A stretch of 64,000 bases of DNA from a virus: IMG/VR virus record IMGVR_UViG_3300035670_000149, positions 1-64,000 of that record; one strand, written 5' to 3'. Below are positions 1 to 7,890 of this stretch, piece after piece. The notes beneath the pieces are model-generated. The model was not told the DNA's origin, did not search any database, and saw only the letters and a program-made list of their open reading frames with translations. A program made the translations under genes and the position numbers. Numbering within the stretch: the first letter of the stretch is position 1; each line of letters begins with the position of its first letter.

Positions 1-63
1 CTGACCAATGCTATGCTGAAGCATAGCATCAAGAATACGCTGTTGGTGAGGACGAAGTTGCAT
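1..63 (-). CDS. 5' end of a probable SF2 helicase / restriction Res-like protein (runs off window)
   Basis: ATG at 63, reads MQLRPHQQRILDAMLQHSIGQ; LRPHQ is a typical Q-motif start; sigma70-like promoter just upstream. Confidence 0.55.
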   Translation of the reverse strand, partial: MQLRPHQQRILDAMLQHSIGQ

Positions 64-85
64 GAATTGAATTGATTGTCTCTTT

Positions 86-141
86 ACAATAGCATCAAAA
101 AAGGGGTCTGTCAAGACCCCTGTGCCAGTTCAGAAATTGTC
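86..141 (-). promoter_or_regulatory. Early sigma70-type promoter overlapping an intrinsic terminator hairpin, with upstream palindromic box
   Basis: Minus strand AACTGGCACA-GGGGTC-TTGACA-GACCCCTTTTTTGATGC(17)-TATTGT; GGGGTC/GACCCC stem followed by T6. Confidence 0.65.
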
Positions 142-1149
142 TGGTCTCTTGAATCGTTTATTAACTTTTGCTGCCTCTTTGATCGTTGCATCTCCAATGC
201 AATGATTTGACTTGAGACCTTCTCTTTGGCAGAAAATCTTGTATCGGTCAAGAATACTGTGGAAGATGTATTTGTGAGCATTAGCATCAATATATCCTTT
301 ACAGAGAGTAGTTTGACTCTCCATTCTTGGCAGAACGTTGATAAGGAAATACTTGAAGTTTTCCTCTCTTCCATTCTCCAAAACATCATCAATAAACTGT
401 GCCAGTAAGCAGCAGGTCCTGAACATTGGACCAGTGACATAAGTATCAACTGCTCGTGATCCGCCAAAAGAATTGTGGAACATTTGTGCCCACATCCAGT
501 TGCCAGCTGCAAGTCTACGCTGTGATTCTGGATCTTCTGCGGGGTAATCTACGGTAAGAGCCAAATAGAATTGGTTGAAAGATTTCAATTCAATTCCATC
601 TTCTCCATCGTATCCAAAACCATCAATGTGAAGGTGATAACCAGTCAGGATTCTCTCTACCCACAGAGATGTTTGATCCTTAAATACAACACCTGCACGA
701 ATCTCATCAATCTTACTGAGTTTTTTACGTTGTGTATTCAGTGCAAAAAAGATTTCTGCTTCAATTTCTTCACACTCTTGAAGTGTTGAATCTTCATTGT
801 GCTCATAGATCATTGCAGGAAAAGATACAGAATTATCCTTAACTCCCGACAGATAGTGAAGAACTGCTTTATGCTGCCCATCAATCAACCAATCTCCACT
901 GTTATTTCCCAACCCTTCGGGACGACGTGCAACAACAGCAGGAATCAGCAACTTTAGGTCTAGTTTCTTATATTTTTTAATACAACTGGTGCTCAACATT
1001 CTCTGATACAGAGATGATACCTTTAGTTCACCGCTATTTGAATAATTTTCAAATGTGAGAGGTTTACCCTCAAATCCTGGTATCACAGACTTCATCAAAT
1101 CTTTCTTTGATGAAAGTTCTTTGATTGTTTTATAGTTAGATGTAGACAT
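130..1149 (-). CDS. ParB/DndB-like DGQH(R)-motif protein
   Basis: WLIDGQHKA motif followed by EAEIFFALNTQRKKLS (FxxxN motif). Confidence 0.6.
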   Translation of the reverse strand: MSTSNYKTIKELSSKKDLMKSVIPGFEGKPLTFENYSNSGELKVSSLYQRMLSTSCIKKYKKLDLKLLIPAVVARRPEGLGNNSGDWLIDGQHKAVLHYLSGVKDNSVSFPAMIYEHNEDSTLQECEEIEAEIFFALNTQRKKLSKIDEIRAGVVFKDQTSLWVERILTGYHLHIDGFGYDGEDGIELKSFNQFYLALTVDYPAEDPESQRRLAAGNWMWAQMFHNSFGGSRAVDTYVTGPMFRTCCLLAQFIDDVLENGREENFKYFLINVLPRMESQTTLCKGYIDANAHKYIFHSILDRYKIFCQREGLKSNHCIGDATIKEAAKVNKRFKRPDNF

Positions 1150-1197
1150 AGTTTTGTTTAAGTTAGTTTATTGCCACTCATTGTGTGGCATGTTTAA

Positions 1198-1226
1198 ATT
1201 ATAACAGATGAAAGTTTATCTGTCAA
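1198..1226 (-). promoter_or_regulatory. Perfect sigma70 consensus promoter
   Basis: TTGACA-17 nt-TATAAT upstream of the DGQH gene. Confidence 0.75.
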
Positions 1227-1233
1227 TACTTTT

Positions 1234-1428
1234 TCATTTACCCTTCAGTAAATTGTGATAGTATTTTACCTCGGGGTTGTCATAATCAGCACATCTGGGA
1301 TAAAACACACCATCAACGTAACAAGACTTTTCTGGTTCTCGGTAAATTGGTTTGGGAGGAATATCTCTAGTGCAGAGATATGCACCATCTAGGCACAGCT
1401 GCAAAAATATCAATGCTGCCTCAATCAT
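1234..1428 (-). CDS. Hypothetical protein
   Basis: 64 aa ORF, ATGA overlap with the methyltransferase stop. Confidence 0.6.
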   Translation of the reverse strand: MIEAALIFLQLCLDGAYLCTRDIPPKPIYREPEKSCYVDGVFYPRCADYDNPEVKYYHNLLKGK

Positions 1429-2165
1429 AGACCCAAAGGATTTTCCAATCGGATTCTTTCTTGCAGTTTAGCATAGTATTCTGCATCAAGTTCTGTGCCT
1501 GTGTATTTTCTATCACACCGCATTGCTGCTACAGCAGTAGATCCAGAACCCATAAAGCAATCCAGCACAGTATCACCAGGGTGAGTGTATGCACGAATGA
1601 GTCTTTCCAAAACCTCAAGATTTTTGGTAGTCGGATGCCACCCAATGTAATCTTTTGACGTTGTGTGATTGTTCTTCTCCCAAATACAGGTAGGAATTGT
1701 ACCTTGTTCATAATCTTTCCCAGTGCGGAGGTTCTTTTTGACCTTCCTTTCCACTCGTACATCACCATCGTTGAAGAGGAATGTTTCGCCTTTTGACCAA
1801 CAGAAAGCATACTCATGTTTGCGGGCAAAGTTAGTCTTAGCACGTCCACCCCAGTTATAACTCCAGATGATCTCATTCTGAGCACACATGCCAGCATAAG
1901 AATCCACCAGTAGTTTATATCTAAGAAACGTGCTGGTCTTCAGTGTGCCCCATACAATCAACATACGGTTGGGTTTGAGAACACGGACACATTCAGCAGT
2001 CCATTGATCACACCATCCTAGGTAATCGCCTTCACAATCCCATTGAGAATCCCACCCCTTTCCACCATCAAATCCAATGAAATAAGGTGGATCAGTAAGC
2101 ACCAGATCCACGCTATTATCATCAATCTGTTTGAGGTATTCCAGACAATCAACGTTCTGAATCAT
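1425..2165 (-). CDS. Site-specific DNA methyltransferase (N6-A/N4-C, beta class)
   Basis: LTDPPY (motif IV) N-terminal, HPTTK, DCFMGSGST (motif I) C-terminal; start MIQN at 2165 overlaps upstream stop. Confidence 0.92.
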   Translation of the reverse strand: MIQNVDCLEYLKQIDDNSVDLVLTDPPYFIGFDGGKGWDSQWDCEGDYLGWCDQWTAECVRVLKPNRMLIVWGTLKTSTFLRYKLLVDSYAGMCAQNEIIWSYNWGGRAKTNFARKHEYAFCWSKGETFLFNDGDVRVERKVKKNLRTGKDYEQGTIPTCIWEKNNHTTSKDYIGWHPTTKNLEVLERLIRAYTHPGDTVLDCFMGSGSTAVAAMRCDRKYTGTELDAEYYAKLQERIRLENPLGL

Positions 2166-2668
2166 ACTTGTGTCATCCATGTAAAATCGGAGGGGAAACC
2201 ATCAAGAAAGAACGTGCCAGAATTAACACGCTTGCCGCCATGTTGATTGTAGATCCAATTACCTTTTTCATCCTGAACTTCTACAGCAGAGCGTACAGTT
2301 TCTTTGTCTGCCTCATAGATTTCCAAACGATCAGGATAAAATGCCAGGAAAACTACATCATCATAGTCTTGATCGGGGCGGATTTGTTGCCAACGAAAGT
2401 GAGTGCCATCGCCCCACAAGAATGAACCTTTAATTTCTTTCTTGCGACCAGCAGCAATACGATCGTGGTCAGAGTTCTCTGCTTTTTCTACAAGAACACC
2501 CTTAGATTCCATGTATTCTTGATAGACACGCTCAAAGTATTTGCCTTTCTTCTTAGAAGAGAGGTCTTTGAGGGTTTTGAAGGGAGAATCAGCATACGGA
2601 TCTTTGCTTTGCTCTTTAGCAATCTCAGCAAAGACTTTAGTAGAATTGAAGTCGTTAGCGTTGAGCAT
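2162..2668 (-). CDS. Putative PD-(D/E)xK endonuclease (restriction-enzyme-like)
   Basis: GKYFE...HD...EIKGS catalytic pattern; translationally coupled to the MTase. Confidence 0.55.
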   Translation of the reverse strand: MLNANDFNSTKVFAEIAKEQSKDPYADSPFKTLKDLSSKKKGKYFERVYQEYMESKGVLVEKAENSDHDRIAAGRKKEIKGSFLWGDGTHFRWQQIRPDQDYDDVVFLAFYPDRLEIYEADKETVRSAVEVQDEKGNWIYNQHGGKRVNSGTFFLDGFPSDFTWMTQV

Positions 2669-2691
2669 AACCTTGACTTGAGTACCTTGTT

Positions 2692-2728
2692 ATTATAGCA
2701 CACAAAAAAGGGAGGATGCGACCCTCCC
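2692..2728 (-). terminator. Intrinsic terminator overlapping an extended -10 promoter
   Basis: GGGAGGGTCGCATCCTCCC-TTTTTT followed by GTGTGC-TATAAT. Confidence 0.6.
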
Positions 2729-3054
2729 TAGTCCAGTTCTTCATCTGTCCACTCTAAGCATCGTTCCTTTACTTCTTCCCAGGAATAAGTTTTCTCTTTA
2801 CCAGTCATAACATCATCTGCTAATTGTAGCAGATACTCAAGAAACTCTTTGGAATAAACTTCATCTTCTCCAAGAGATGCCCAAAACCATTCAAGACACT
2901 CTTGCTCTGGGTTATCTTCCTTGAGCAGAGCATAGTCAGTATAGTTTGATCTCATGAGATCAGACCAAATACGAAATGCTCCACGAATACTTTGCCATCC
3001 TGTCATCCAGCAGTGACCAATCCAATAATCAAACCAGTTCAGTTTCGTTTTCAT
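2728..3054 (-). CDS. Hypothetical protein
   Basis: 108 aa Trp/acid-rich ORF in a tightly packed operon. Confidence 0.65.
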   Translation of the reverse strand: MKTKLNWFDYWIGHCWMTGWQSIRGAFRIWSDLMRSNYTDYALLKEDNPEQECLEWFWASLGEDEVYSKEFLEYLLQLADDVMTGKEKTYSWEEVKERCLEWTDEELD

Positions 3055-3301
3055 CTAATTCCTCCAAATGATTCCAGTTCCAAGTTCTCTCAATGAATCC
3101 AATATCAAATCCAAATTTATATACCCAAAACATAACATTCAGTAGACTATTGTTACCAACACTAATCTGCATATAAGGCCCAGACGGATAATCGTTCCAA
3201 GAAACTGATGCCTGAAGAAGTGCCCATCGTTTATTATGTAAAATCTGAACATACCAATCATGCCCAAAGTCATAACGGTGTTTGAATGTAATTAATTTCA
3301 T
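3029..3301 (-). CDS. Hypothetical protein
   Basis: ORF; start MKL at 3301 overlaps upstream stop. Confidence 0.6.
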   Translation of the reverse strand: MKLITFKHRYDFGHDWYVQILHNKRWALLQASVSWNDYPSGPYMQISVGNNSLLNVMFWVYKFGFDIGFIERTWNWNHLEELDENETELV

Positions 3302-3534
3302 TTTGAACAATGTAAAAAGTACTTATATTCTGCTACTTGATGTGGAGCATACCTCACCACATCACAGTCCTTGTATTTATCAACAACCTCAAATGATGAT
3401 TCCAATGGTTTACCGCCTGTGGAAAGATTAGCAAGCACAATCATAATAACAATAAAGACAACAGAGGCGCCAACAAATACACCAAAACCACGGAGCAATT
3501 CTTTGAGAGCATACTTATCTTCAGGTGTCATCAT
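3298..3534 (-). CDS. Hypothetical membrane protein
   Basis: One hydrophobic helix FGVFVGASVVFIVIMIVLA. Confidence 0.6.
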   Translation of the reverse strand: MMTPEDKYALKELLRGFGVFVGASVVFIVIMIVLANLSTGGKPLESSFEVVDKYKDCDVVRYAPHQVAEYKYFLHCSK

Positions 3535-3877
3535 TATCATCCCACGGAGCACGACGGTTCATAAGTTCTTTGATTCTTTCCACCACAGCAGGATTTGGTG
3601 GTTCATTGATTCGTCGCACAAGTTCATCATATGCTTCTGCGGATACAATAATCCTTTCTGGTTCTTGTCCCAATCTCAACCTACGTTCTGGACTGATAGT
3701 TAGATTGTAAGGGTCATCATAAGGATAAATGTATTCCTGAAACCATCCAATACTCAAACTCTCCCAGAACTCACCATATCCCCATTCATCACCATCATCA
3801 TAACAGTCAAGAATATACAAGATGTTGTGGAAACCATCAAGAAAGAGTTCCCATTTAGTTGGTTCTTGAAATCTCAC
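3521..3877 (-). CDS. Protein with DUF1778/TacA antitoxin-like C-terminus
   Basis: ERIIVSAEAYDELVRRINEPPNPAVVERIKELMNRRAPW resembles the TacA C-terminal region. Confidence 0.5.
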   Translation of the reverse strand: MRFQEPTKWELFLDGFHNILYILDCYDDGDEWGYGEFWESLSIGWFQEYIYPYDDPYNLTISPERRLRLGQEPERIIVSAEAYDELVRRINEPPNPAVVERIKELMNRRAPWDDNDDT

Positions 3878-4059
3878 AGCGTTTCATCACTCCAATAGTA
3901 TCTCAGTTTATCACCATCAGCAGAAATATTCAAGTGATATGTTTTGTTGTTTTGTGTGTAAACACCAATCCATAGAGTTCTTTCATTCATACTTTCAAGA
4001 TGAAACATTTGAATGTCTTGGAGTACAATCTCATCAGGATTTTCAGTAAATCTACTCAT
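3874..4059 (-). CDS. Hypothetical protein
   Basis: 61 aa ORF in operon. Confidence 0.6.
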   Translation of the reverse strand: MSRFTENPDEIVLQDIQMFHLESMNERTLWIGVYTQNNKTYHLNISADGDKLRYYWSDETL

Positions 4060-4513
4060 TATTCTTCCTCACTCGTTCAAGAAACTCATCACTCTGTTGA
4101 TACAATCGTGCAATCAAATCCTTAATATCATCAATTGCAATCACATTATACTCCACATTCATATTCTCACAAATAAGAGCATCCACCATACATTCAAGTG
4201 TGATGGCTTGCATATGTTCTGGTGTGATTGGTGTCCCATGAGGAAGACCAGAACATTCTTCATTATAGAAGTGATTATATCGTCTCAGCACAGTATCACT
4301 TCGTTCTTTGCGTTCCCATTCTTGTTTTGCAAGTTCTCTGTTTGCTACTTCACGACGTTCTGCTTCCTCAAACATCTCATCAGGATAAGGTTCTTGGTTT
4401 CTCATAAGTTCTCTCAACCTTTGTTTACCGTATTCAGTGAGTTCATATTTCTTGGTGCGGAGATCATCAAGTTCTTCTTGTGTAAGATTGACCCAAGGCA
4501 TTTCATCGTTCAT
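4052..4513 (-). CDS. Hypothetical protein
   Basis: ORF, ATGA overlap at 4510-4513. Confidence 0.6.
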   Translation of the reverse strand: MNDEMPWVNLTQEELDDLRTKKYELTEYGKQRLRELMRNQEPYPDEMFEEAERREVANRELAKQEWERKERSDTVLRRYNHFYNEECSGLPHGTPITPEHMQAITLECMVDALICENMNVEYNVIAIDDIKDLIARLYQQSDEFLERVRKNNE

Positions 4514-4725
4514 TCTGGTTGGTCCCAAAGTCGTTCTCTCAACATTCTAACACACTTGTTCCAGTCATAAGAGTTCGTGTCGTGCTCATTCGGCATCCAT
4601 TCCTCAACTGCTGATACAATCTCATTACTTTGCTCAACAGAGAAACCAAGTTGATGCCTCATTACATTCCACAAGGATGCTGGACGATTGTTGAGATTGT
4701 GAAGTATTTTATCAAGGTCAGTCAT
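4510..4725 (-). CDS. Hypothetical protein
   Basis: 71 aa ORF in operon. Confidence 0.6.
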   Translation of the reverse strand: MTDLDKILHNLNNRPASLWNVMRHQLGFSVEQSNEIVSAVEEWMPNEHDTNSYDWNKCVRMLRERLWDQPE

Positions 4726-5029
4726 TCCAATATGCTCTCACATTTCTATAAGGTTCTGCTTTCACACCACCATAAGTATCAAAATAAGGCTTTGGGTCAT
4801 TAGGTTGAGCAGTATGAACTAACTTTGTAATATTAGGAGAAATAGTATTAGGAGGAGTGGGAGGAGTATAAGGAGCACTATAAAGTAGTGGAGATTTACT
4901 CAAATACTCTTCAATAATATTACAAGACCATCCATCCTCATAGAATTGCTTACCATAGAAAATCGCATCTTCCTTATTTGGAAAGGAAGCAACATAAGTG
5001 TCGTTGTGATAGAGTGAATAAACTTTCAT
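4718..5029 (-). CDS. Hypothetical protein
   Basis: Start MKVYS at 5029 overlaps upstream stop. Confidence 0.6.
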   Translation of the reverse strand: MKVYSLYHNDTYVASFPNKEDAIFYGKQFYEDGWSCNIIEEYLSKSPLLYSAPYTPPTPPNTISPNITKLVHTAQPNDPKPYFDTYGGVKAEPYRNVRAYWND

Positions 5030-5247
5030 TTTACAGTATCCACAAATACAGGAACTTCCCCACACATTTTAGTTGCCGCAGTATCATTAGCAGCATAAGA
5101 TTTCCTACATTCTAACACAATCTCATAAGTTTTGGTGAATAACTCTCTGTCCTTTTGAGTATTGTAAGTATTCAGTAGTTCCATAGAAAGGAAATAACCA
5201 GTAACGATGAGAAGTGGAATGATGAAGATAAAGATAAAGGGCTTCAT
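5026..5247 (-). CDS. Hypothetical membrane-anchored protein
   Basis: N-terminal hydrophobic helix. Confidence 0.6.
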   Translation of the reverse strand: MKPFIFIFIIPLLIVTGYFLSMELLNTYNTQKDRELFTKTYEIVLECRKSYAANDTAATKMCGEVPVFVDTVK

Positions 5248-5498
5248 TTCAGTTCTTCTTCAATCCTTTCAATCTCAAAAATTGCATTTAGAAACTCCAG
5301 ACCATACTTACCTACAACCCACGCATCTTTATCTTCAAAGAACCTATCACCTACGGTTCTCATTGAATAACATTCTTTTTCTTTATCAAAGAAAGCAATC
5401 ACATAACAAGTTTCACTATTTGTGTTTTGACGCCACTTGACGAGTTCATATTTGTTGTTGCATTTACTCCAACGGAACTCAATGTTACGAAATCTCAT
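5244..5498 (-). CDS. Hypothetical protein
   Basis: 84 aa ORF in operon. Confidence 0.6.
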   Translation of the reverse strand: MRFRNIEFRWSKCNNKYELVKWRQNTNSETCYVIAFFDKEKECYSMRTVGDRFFEDKDAWVVGKYGLEFLNAIFEIERIEEELK

Positions 5499-5685
5499 TG
5501 TTCTCCAAGATAGTTTTGATTTGTTTGAGGTCTTCTATTCTTTGTTTTGTAAGATCGTATTGTTCTACATACCAATCAATATCATTGACTTCGTGATTAA
5601 GTTCTTCACGAATGTCCCATTCATAACATTGAAGATCTCCTTCTTGATCTTGTATGAAGTATTCTAATGTATCAATCAGAGACAT
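5485..5685 (-). CDS. Hypothetical acidic protein
   Basis: ORF in operon. Confidence 0.55.
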   Translation of the reverse strand: MSLIDTLEYFIQDQEGDLQCYEWDIREELNHEVNDIDWYVEQYDLTKQRIEDLKQIKTILENNEIS

Positions 5686-5857
5686 GTTGATCCTCAAAAT
5701 CAAACCATTCATACAGGGAATTCATTGCACCCTCAACCACACAATCAACCACAGCATCTTGGTGCGGGTTTTCTACATGTTTGTGAGCACGATTGTATCC
5801 GTAACGGACACCTTCTTCAAGTGCCATTTCTAATACTTTACGAAAGTTGGGTTTCAT
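5672..5857 (-). CDS. Hypothetical protein
   Basis: 61 aa ORF in operon. Confidence 0.6.
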   Translation of the reverse strand: MKPNFRKVLEMALEEGVRYGYNRAHKHVENPHQDAVVDCVVEGAMNSLYEWFDFEDQHVSD

Positions 5858-6030
5858 TCTTCATCCTCTTCATAAGGGAACATTTCATCATACTCTTCAT
5901 CAGTCAGAGTGAGATACTGAACATTAGCATTTTTGTGCTCTTCAGCATACACCAACTGATAGTGAGCAAAGCTACTTTCAGAAGTGCTAGCATACTCTAT
6001 AAGTCCATCAACAATACAAAGGTAGTTCAT
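5854..6030 (-). CDS. Small acidic hypothetical protein (not in ORF track)
   Basis: MNYLCIVDGLIEYAST...DEMFPYEEDEE, 58 aa, ATGA overlaps at both ends. Confidence 0.6.
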   Translation of the reverse strand: MNYLCIVDGLIEYASTSESSFAHYQLVYAEEHKNANVQYLTLTDEEYDEMFPYEEDEE

Positions 6031-6242
6031 TCAATCACCTCCCAGTGTGCGTCAGATTTGTCACCAAAACGATTAGTTCCAGTTCTTGTGCTTACCCAGA
6101 AGAAGTATTTGCGATTTTCTGATGCCAGAAACAACTCACCACCAGTATCCTGCTCTACAATACAGACAGGATTGTTATCCATAGTGTTAGCTAGACGGTT
6201 TTTCGCTTTGCTGCTTTTGGGCTTTACGAGCACTTTTCTCAT
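6027..6242 (-). CDS. Hypothetical protein
   Basis: MRKVLVKPKSSKAKNRLANTM...HWEVIE. Confidence 0.55.
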   Translation of the reverse strand: MRKVLVKPKSSKAKNRLANTMDNNPVCIVEQDTGGELFLASENRKYFFWVSTRTGTNRFGDKSDAHWEVIE

Positions 6243-6462
6243 CTTCAATTTCCTTTTTAAGTTTGCGGATACCAGTGATGAAATAAGCAAAGTCTCGTGT
6301 TTCAGTGATTCGTTTGATCTCACCACATACACCACACTTTGCTTCATAAACAGAAGAGCAACCTACAGAATAAACACCATACTTTTGTCCACAATCAAAA
6401 CAAGTATTACCAGCAGTCTCAAGTTTCTTGAGTAGTGCTTTTTTTTCTTTAAGTGTCATCAT
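6187..6462 (-). CDS. Hypothetical Zn-finger-like protein
   Basis: CFDC...CGVC pairs. Confidence 0.55.
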   Translation of the reverse strand: MMTLKEKKALLKKLETAGNTCFDCGQKYGVYSVGCSSVYEAKCGVCGEIKRITETRDFAYFITGIRKLKKEIEDEKSARKAQKQQSEKPSS

Positions 6463-6841
6463 GAAGAGGTGTGTGTCTAACTTCAGTTATTTTACCATCC
6501 CGAAACAGGATGTGGCAAGAGGGCCACTTGCAATAGTGTCCATCCCACCTTGAAGGATATACTTCTACGACTTTGAAAATATAAACAGGTTTTATCTTTC
6601 CTCTCTTCCCAGTGGGAATCCACTCATAATTCAAAAATAATTTCTTTTCATCATACCTTGGATCATCTTCATTAATTGTCTCAAAGGTATGAGTTCCACC
6701 ATAATCAATCTCATACAATTGCCCAGCAGGACTAATCCAATAGTCCTTCAGGCAACAGTCAAGATCTTTAGTTTGTAGTTCTTTATTAAGATAACCAGGA
6801 CCCAAATCATATGAGGTCCTGACTGTATCAAACATTCCCAT
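6449..6841 (-). CDS. Hypothetical phage protein (MGMFD family)
   Basis: MGMFDTV...QTKDLDC N-terminus common in phage hypotheticals. Confidence 0.65.
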   Translation of the reverse strand: MGMFDTVRTSYDLGPGYLNKELQTKDLDCCLKDYWISPAGQLYEIDYGGTHTFETINEDDPRYDEKKLFLNYEWIPTGKRGKIKPVYIFKVVEVYPSRWDGHYCKWPSCHILFRDGKITEVRHTPLHDDT

Positions 6842-6986
6842 GATTCTTTAGAACCTCATTACAGCGTTCCATAATCGCATTAGTAAAGTCTTCTTCTGTC
6901 CATGTGTTGAAAACACTTTCAACAGGATCATTCGGGTCCCAGGAGATAGTGAACGACCCGTCCTCATTCTCTTTAACATCAATCAT
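6828..6986 (-). CDS. Small hypothetical protein (not in ORF track)
   Basis: MIDVKENEDGSFTISWDPNDP...NHGNV, 52 aa, fills the gap in the operon. Confidence 0.55.
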   Translation of the reverse strand: MIDVKENEDGSFTISWDPNDPVESVFNTWTEEDFTNAIMERCNEVLKNHGNV

Positions 6987-7204
6987 TTGTCCCCAAGAGT
7001 AAAATCAGAAATTGGATTGTGACCATTCACAAGTGCCTGAACATCTTGTGCTTTACGCAGAAACTTTTGATGATAATCCACCCATTCTTGAATCTCTTGT
7101 TTGAGTTCAATAAAGAATTGTACCGCTGTAGTATCCTCATCCGTCAAATAATCGCCAATCACATCACCAAGGCGATCACGACGTTGCTTTTCGTAAGTTT
7201 CCAT
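6983..7204 (-). CDS. Hypothetical protein
   Basis: ORF; start uncertain (7204 or 7258). Confidence 0.55.
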   Translation of the reverse strand: METYEKQRRDRLGDVIGDYLTDEDTTAVQFFIELKQEIQEWVDYHQKFLRKAQDVQALVNGHNPISDFTLGDK

Positions 7205-7277
7205 GTGCCATTTATTGAGTAAAGAATCTGAAGGATCAGAGGTTTTTAACATTTCCATCAAACCGAACAAAGGTATT

Positions 7278-7715
7278 CTAGAGGGATTTATGGGTTTTTG
7301 TCAAGTAGTACAGGTATTCCTCATAAAGAACCTCCTCCATTTGAAATGCTTGCACTTCCCATGGTTGCTCTGAATAGTCCGTCTCAGTGTGATCTATGCC
7401 CCTCCAGAGACGCTTTCCATACTTATCCCTGAGAGCACCCTTGACGTGTTGATATACATGCCAGAGTTCATGTAGGAGGGTTCTGGTGTAATGTTCGGCA
7501 GGCATTTGATTGTGCATTTCAATCTCAAATGCACGAGGACGATGATCACAATCTGTGACACCTACCCAACCGTGAACACCATCACGAAGCATCCCACGAT
7601 GATGAACAACAATGTCCAATCTGTGTCGTGGAAGATGTTTCTGAACAAACCAATTGACGATACGCTCACAACGACGCTTGCTGTAATTGTATCCAGAAGT
7701 TTCAAGACAGAGCAT
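7278..7715 (-). CDS. Putative zinc metallopeptidase (HExxH)
   Basis: TLLHELWHVYQH plus downstream PWEVQA. Confidence 0.7.
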   Translation of the reverse strand: MLCLETSGYNYSKRRCERIVNWFVQKHLPRHRLDIVVHHRGMLRDGVHGWVGVTDCDHRPRAFEIEMHNQMPAEHYTRTLLHELWHVYQHVKGALRDKYGKRLWRGIDHTETDYSEQPWEVQAFQMEEVLYEEYLYYLTKTHKSL

Positions 7716-7809
7716 AATTAAATACCACTTGAGTAAGACGTACACCCCAGTTCATCATTGCCATAAACGACACGATAAACAGCAGTCTATCAAGAGTTGT
7801 GAATCTCAT
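7702..7809 (-). CDS. Small membrane peptide (not in ORF track)
   Basis: MRFTTLDRLLFIVSFMAMMNWGVRLTQVVFNYALS, first ORF after the early promoter. Confidence 0.5.
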   Translation of the reverse strand: MRFTTLDRLLFIVSFMAMMNWGVRLTQVVFNYALS

Positions 7810-7830
7810 AGGGTCTTTGCTTACCCTTCC

Positions 7831-7890
7831 ATTATAAAACCCCTCCAGGACGATTCTGGAGGAGTCTGTGCCACTTATTTGACTGTCACA
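7831..7890 (-). promoter_or_regulatory. Early promoter with hairpin and upstream palindromic box
   Basis: TGTGACAGT-CAAATA-AGTGGCACA, hairpin CTCCAG/CTGGAG, then TATAAT. Confidence 0.6.
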
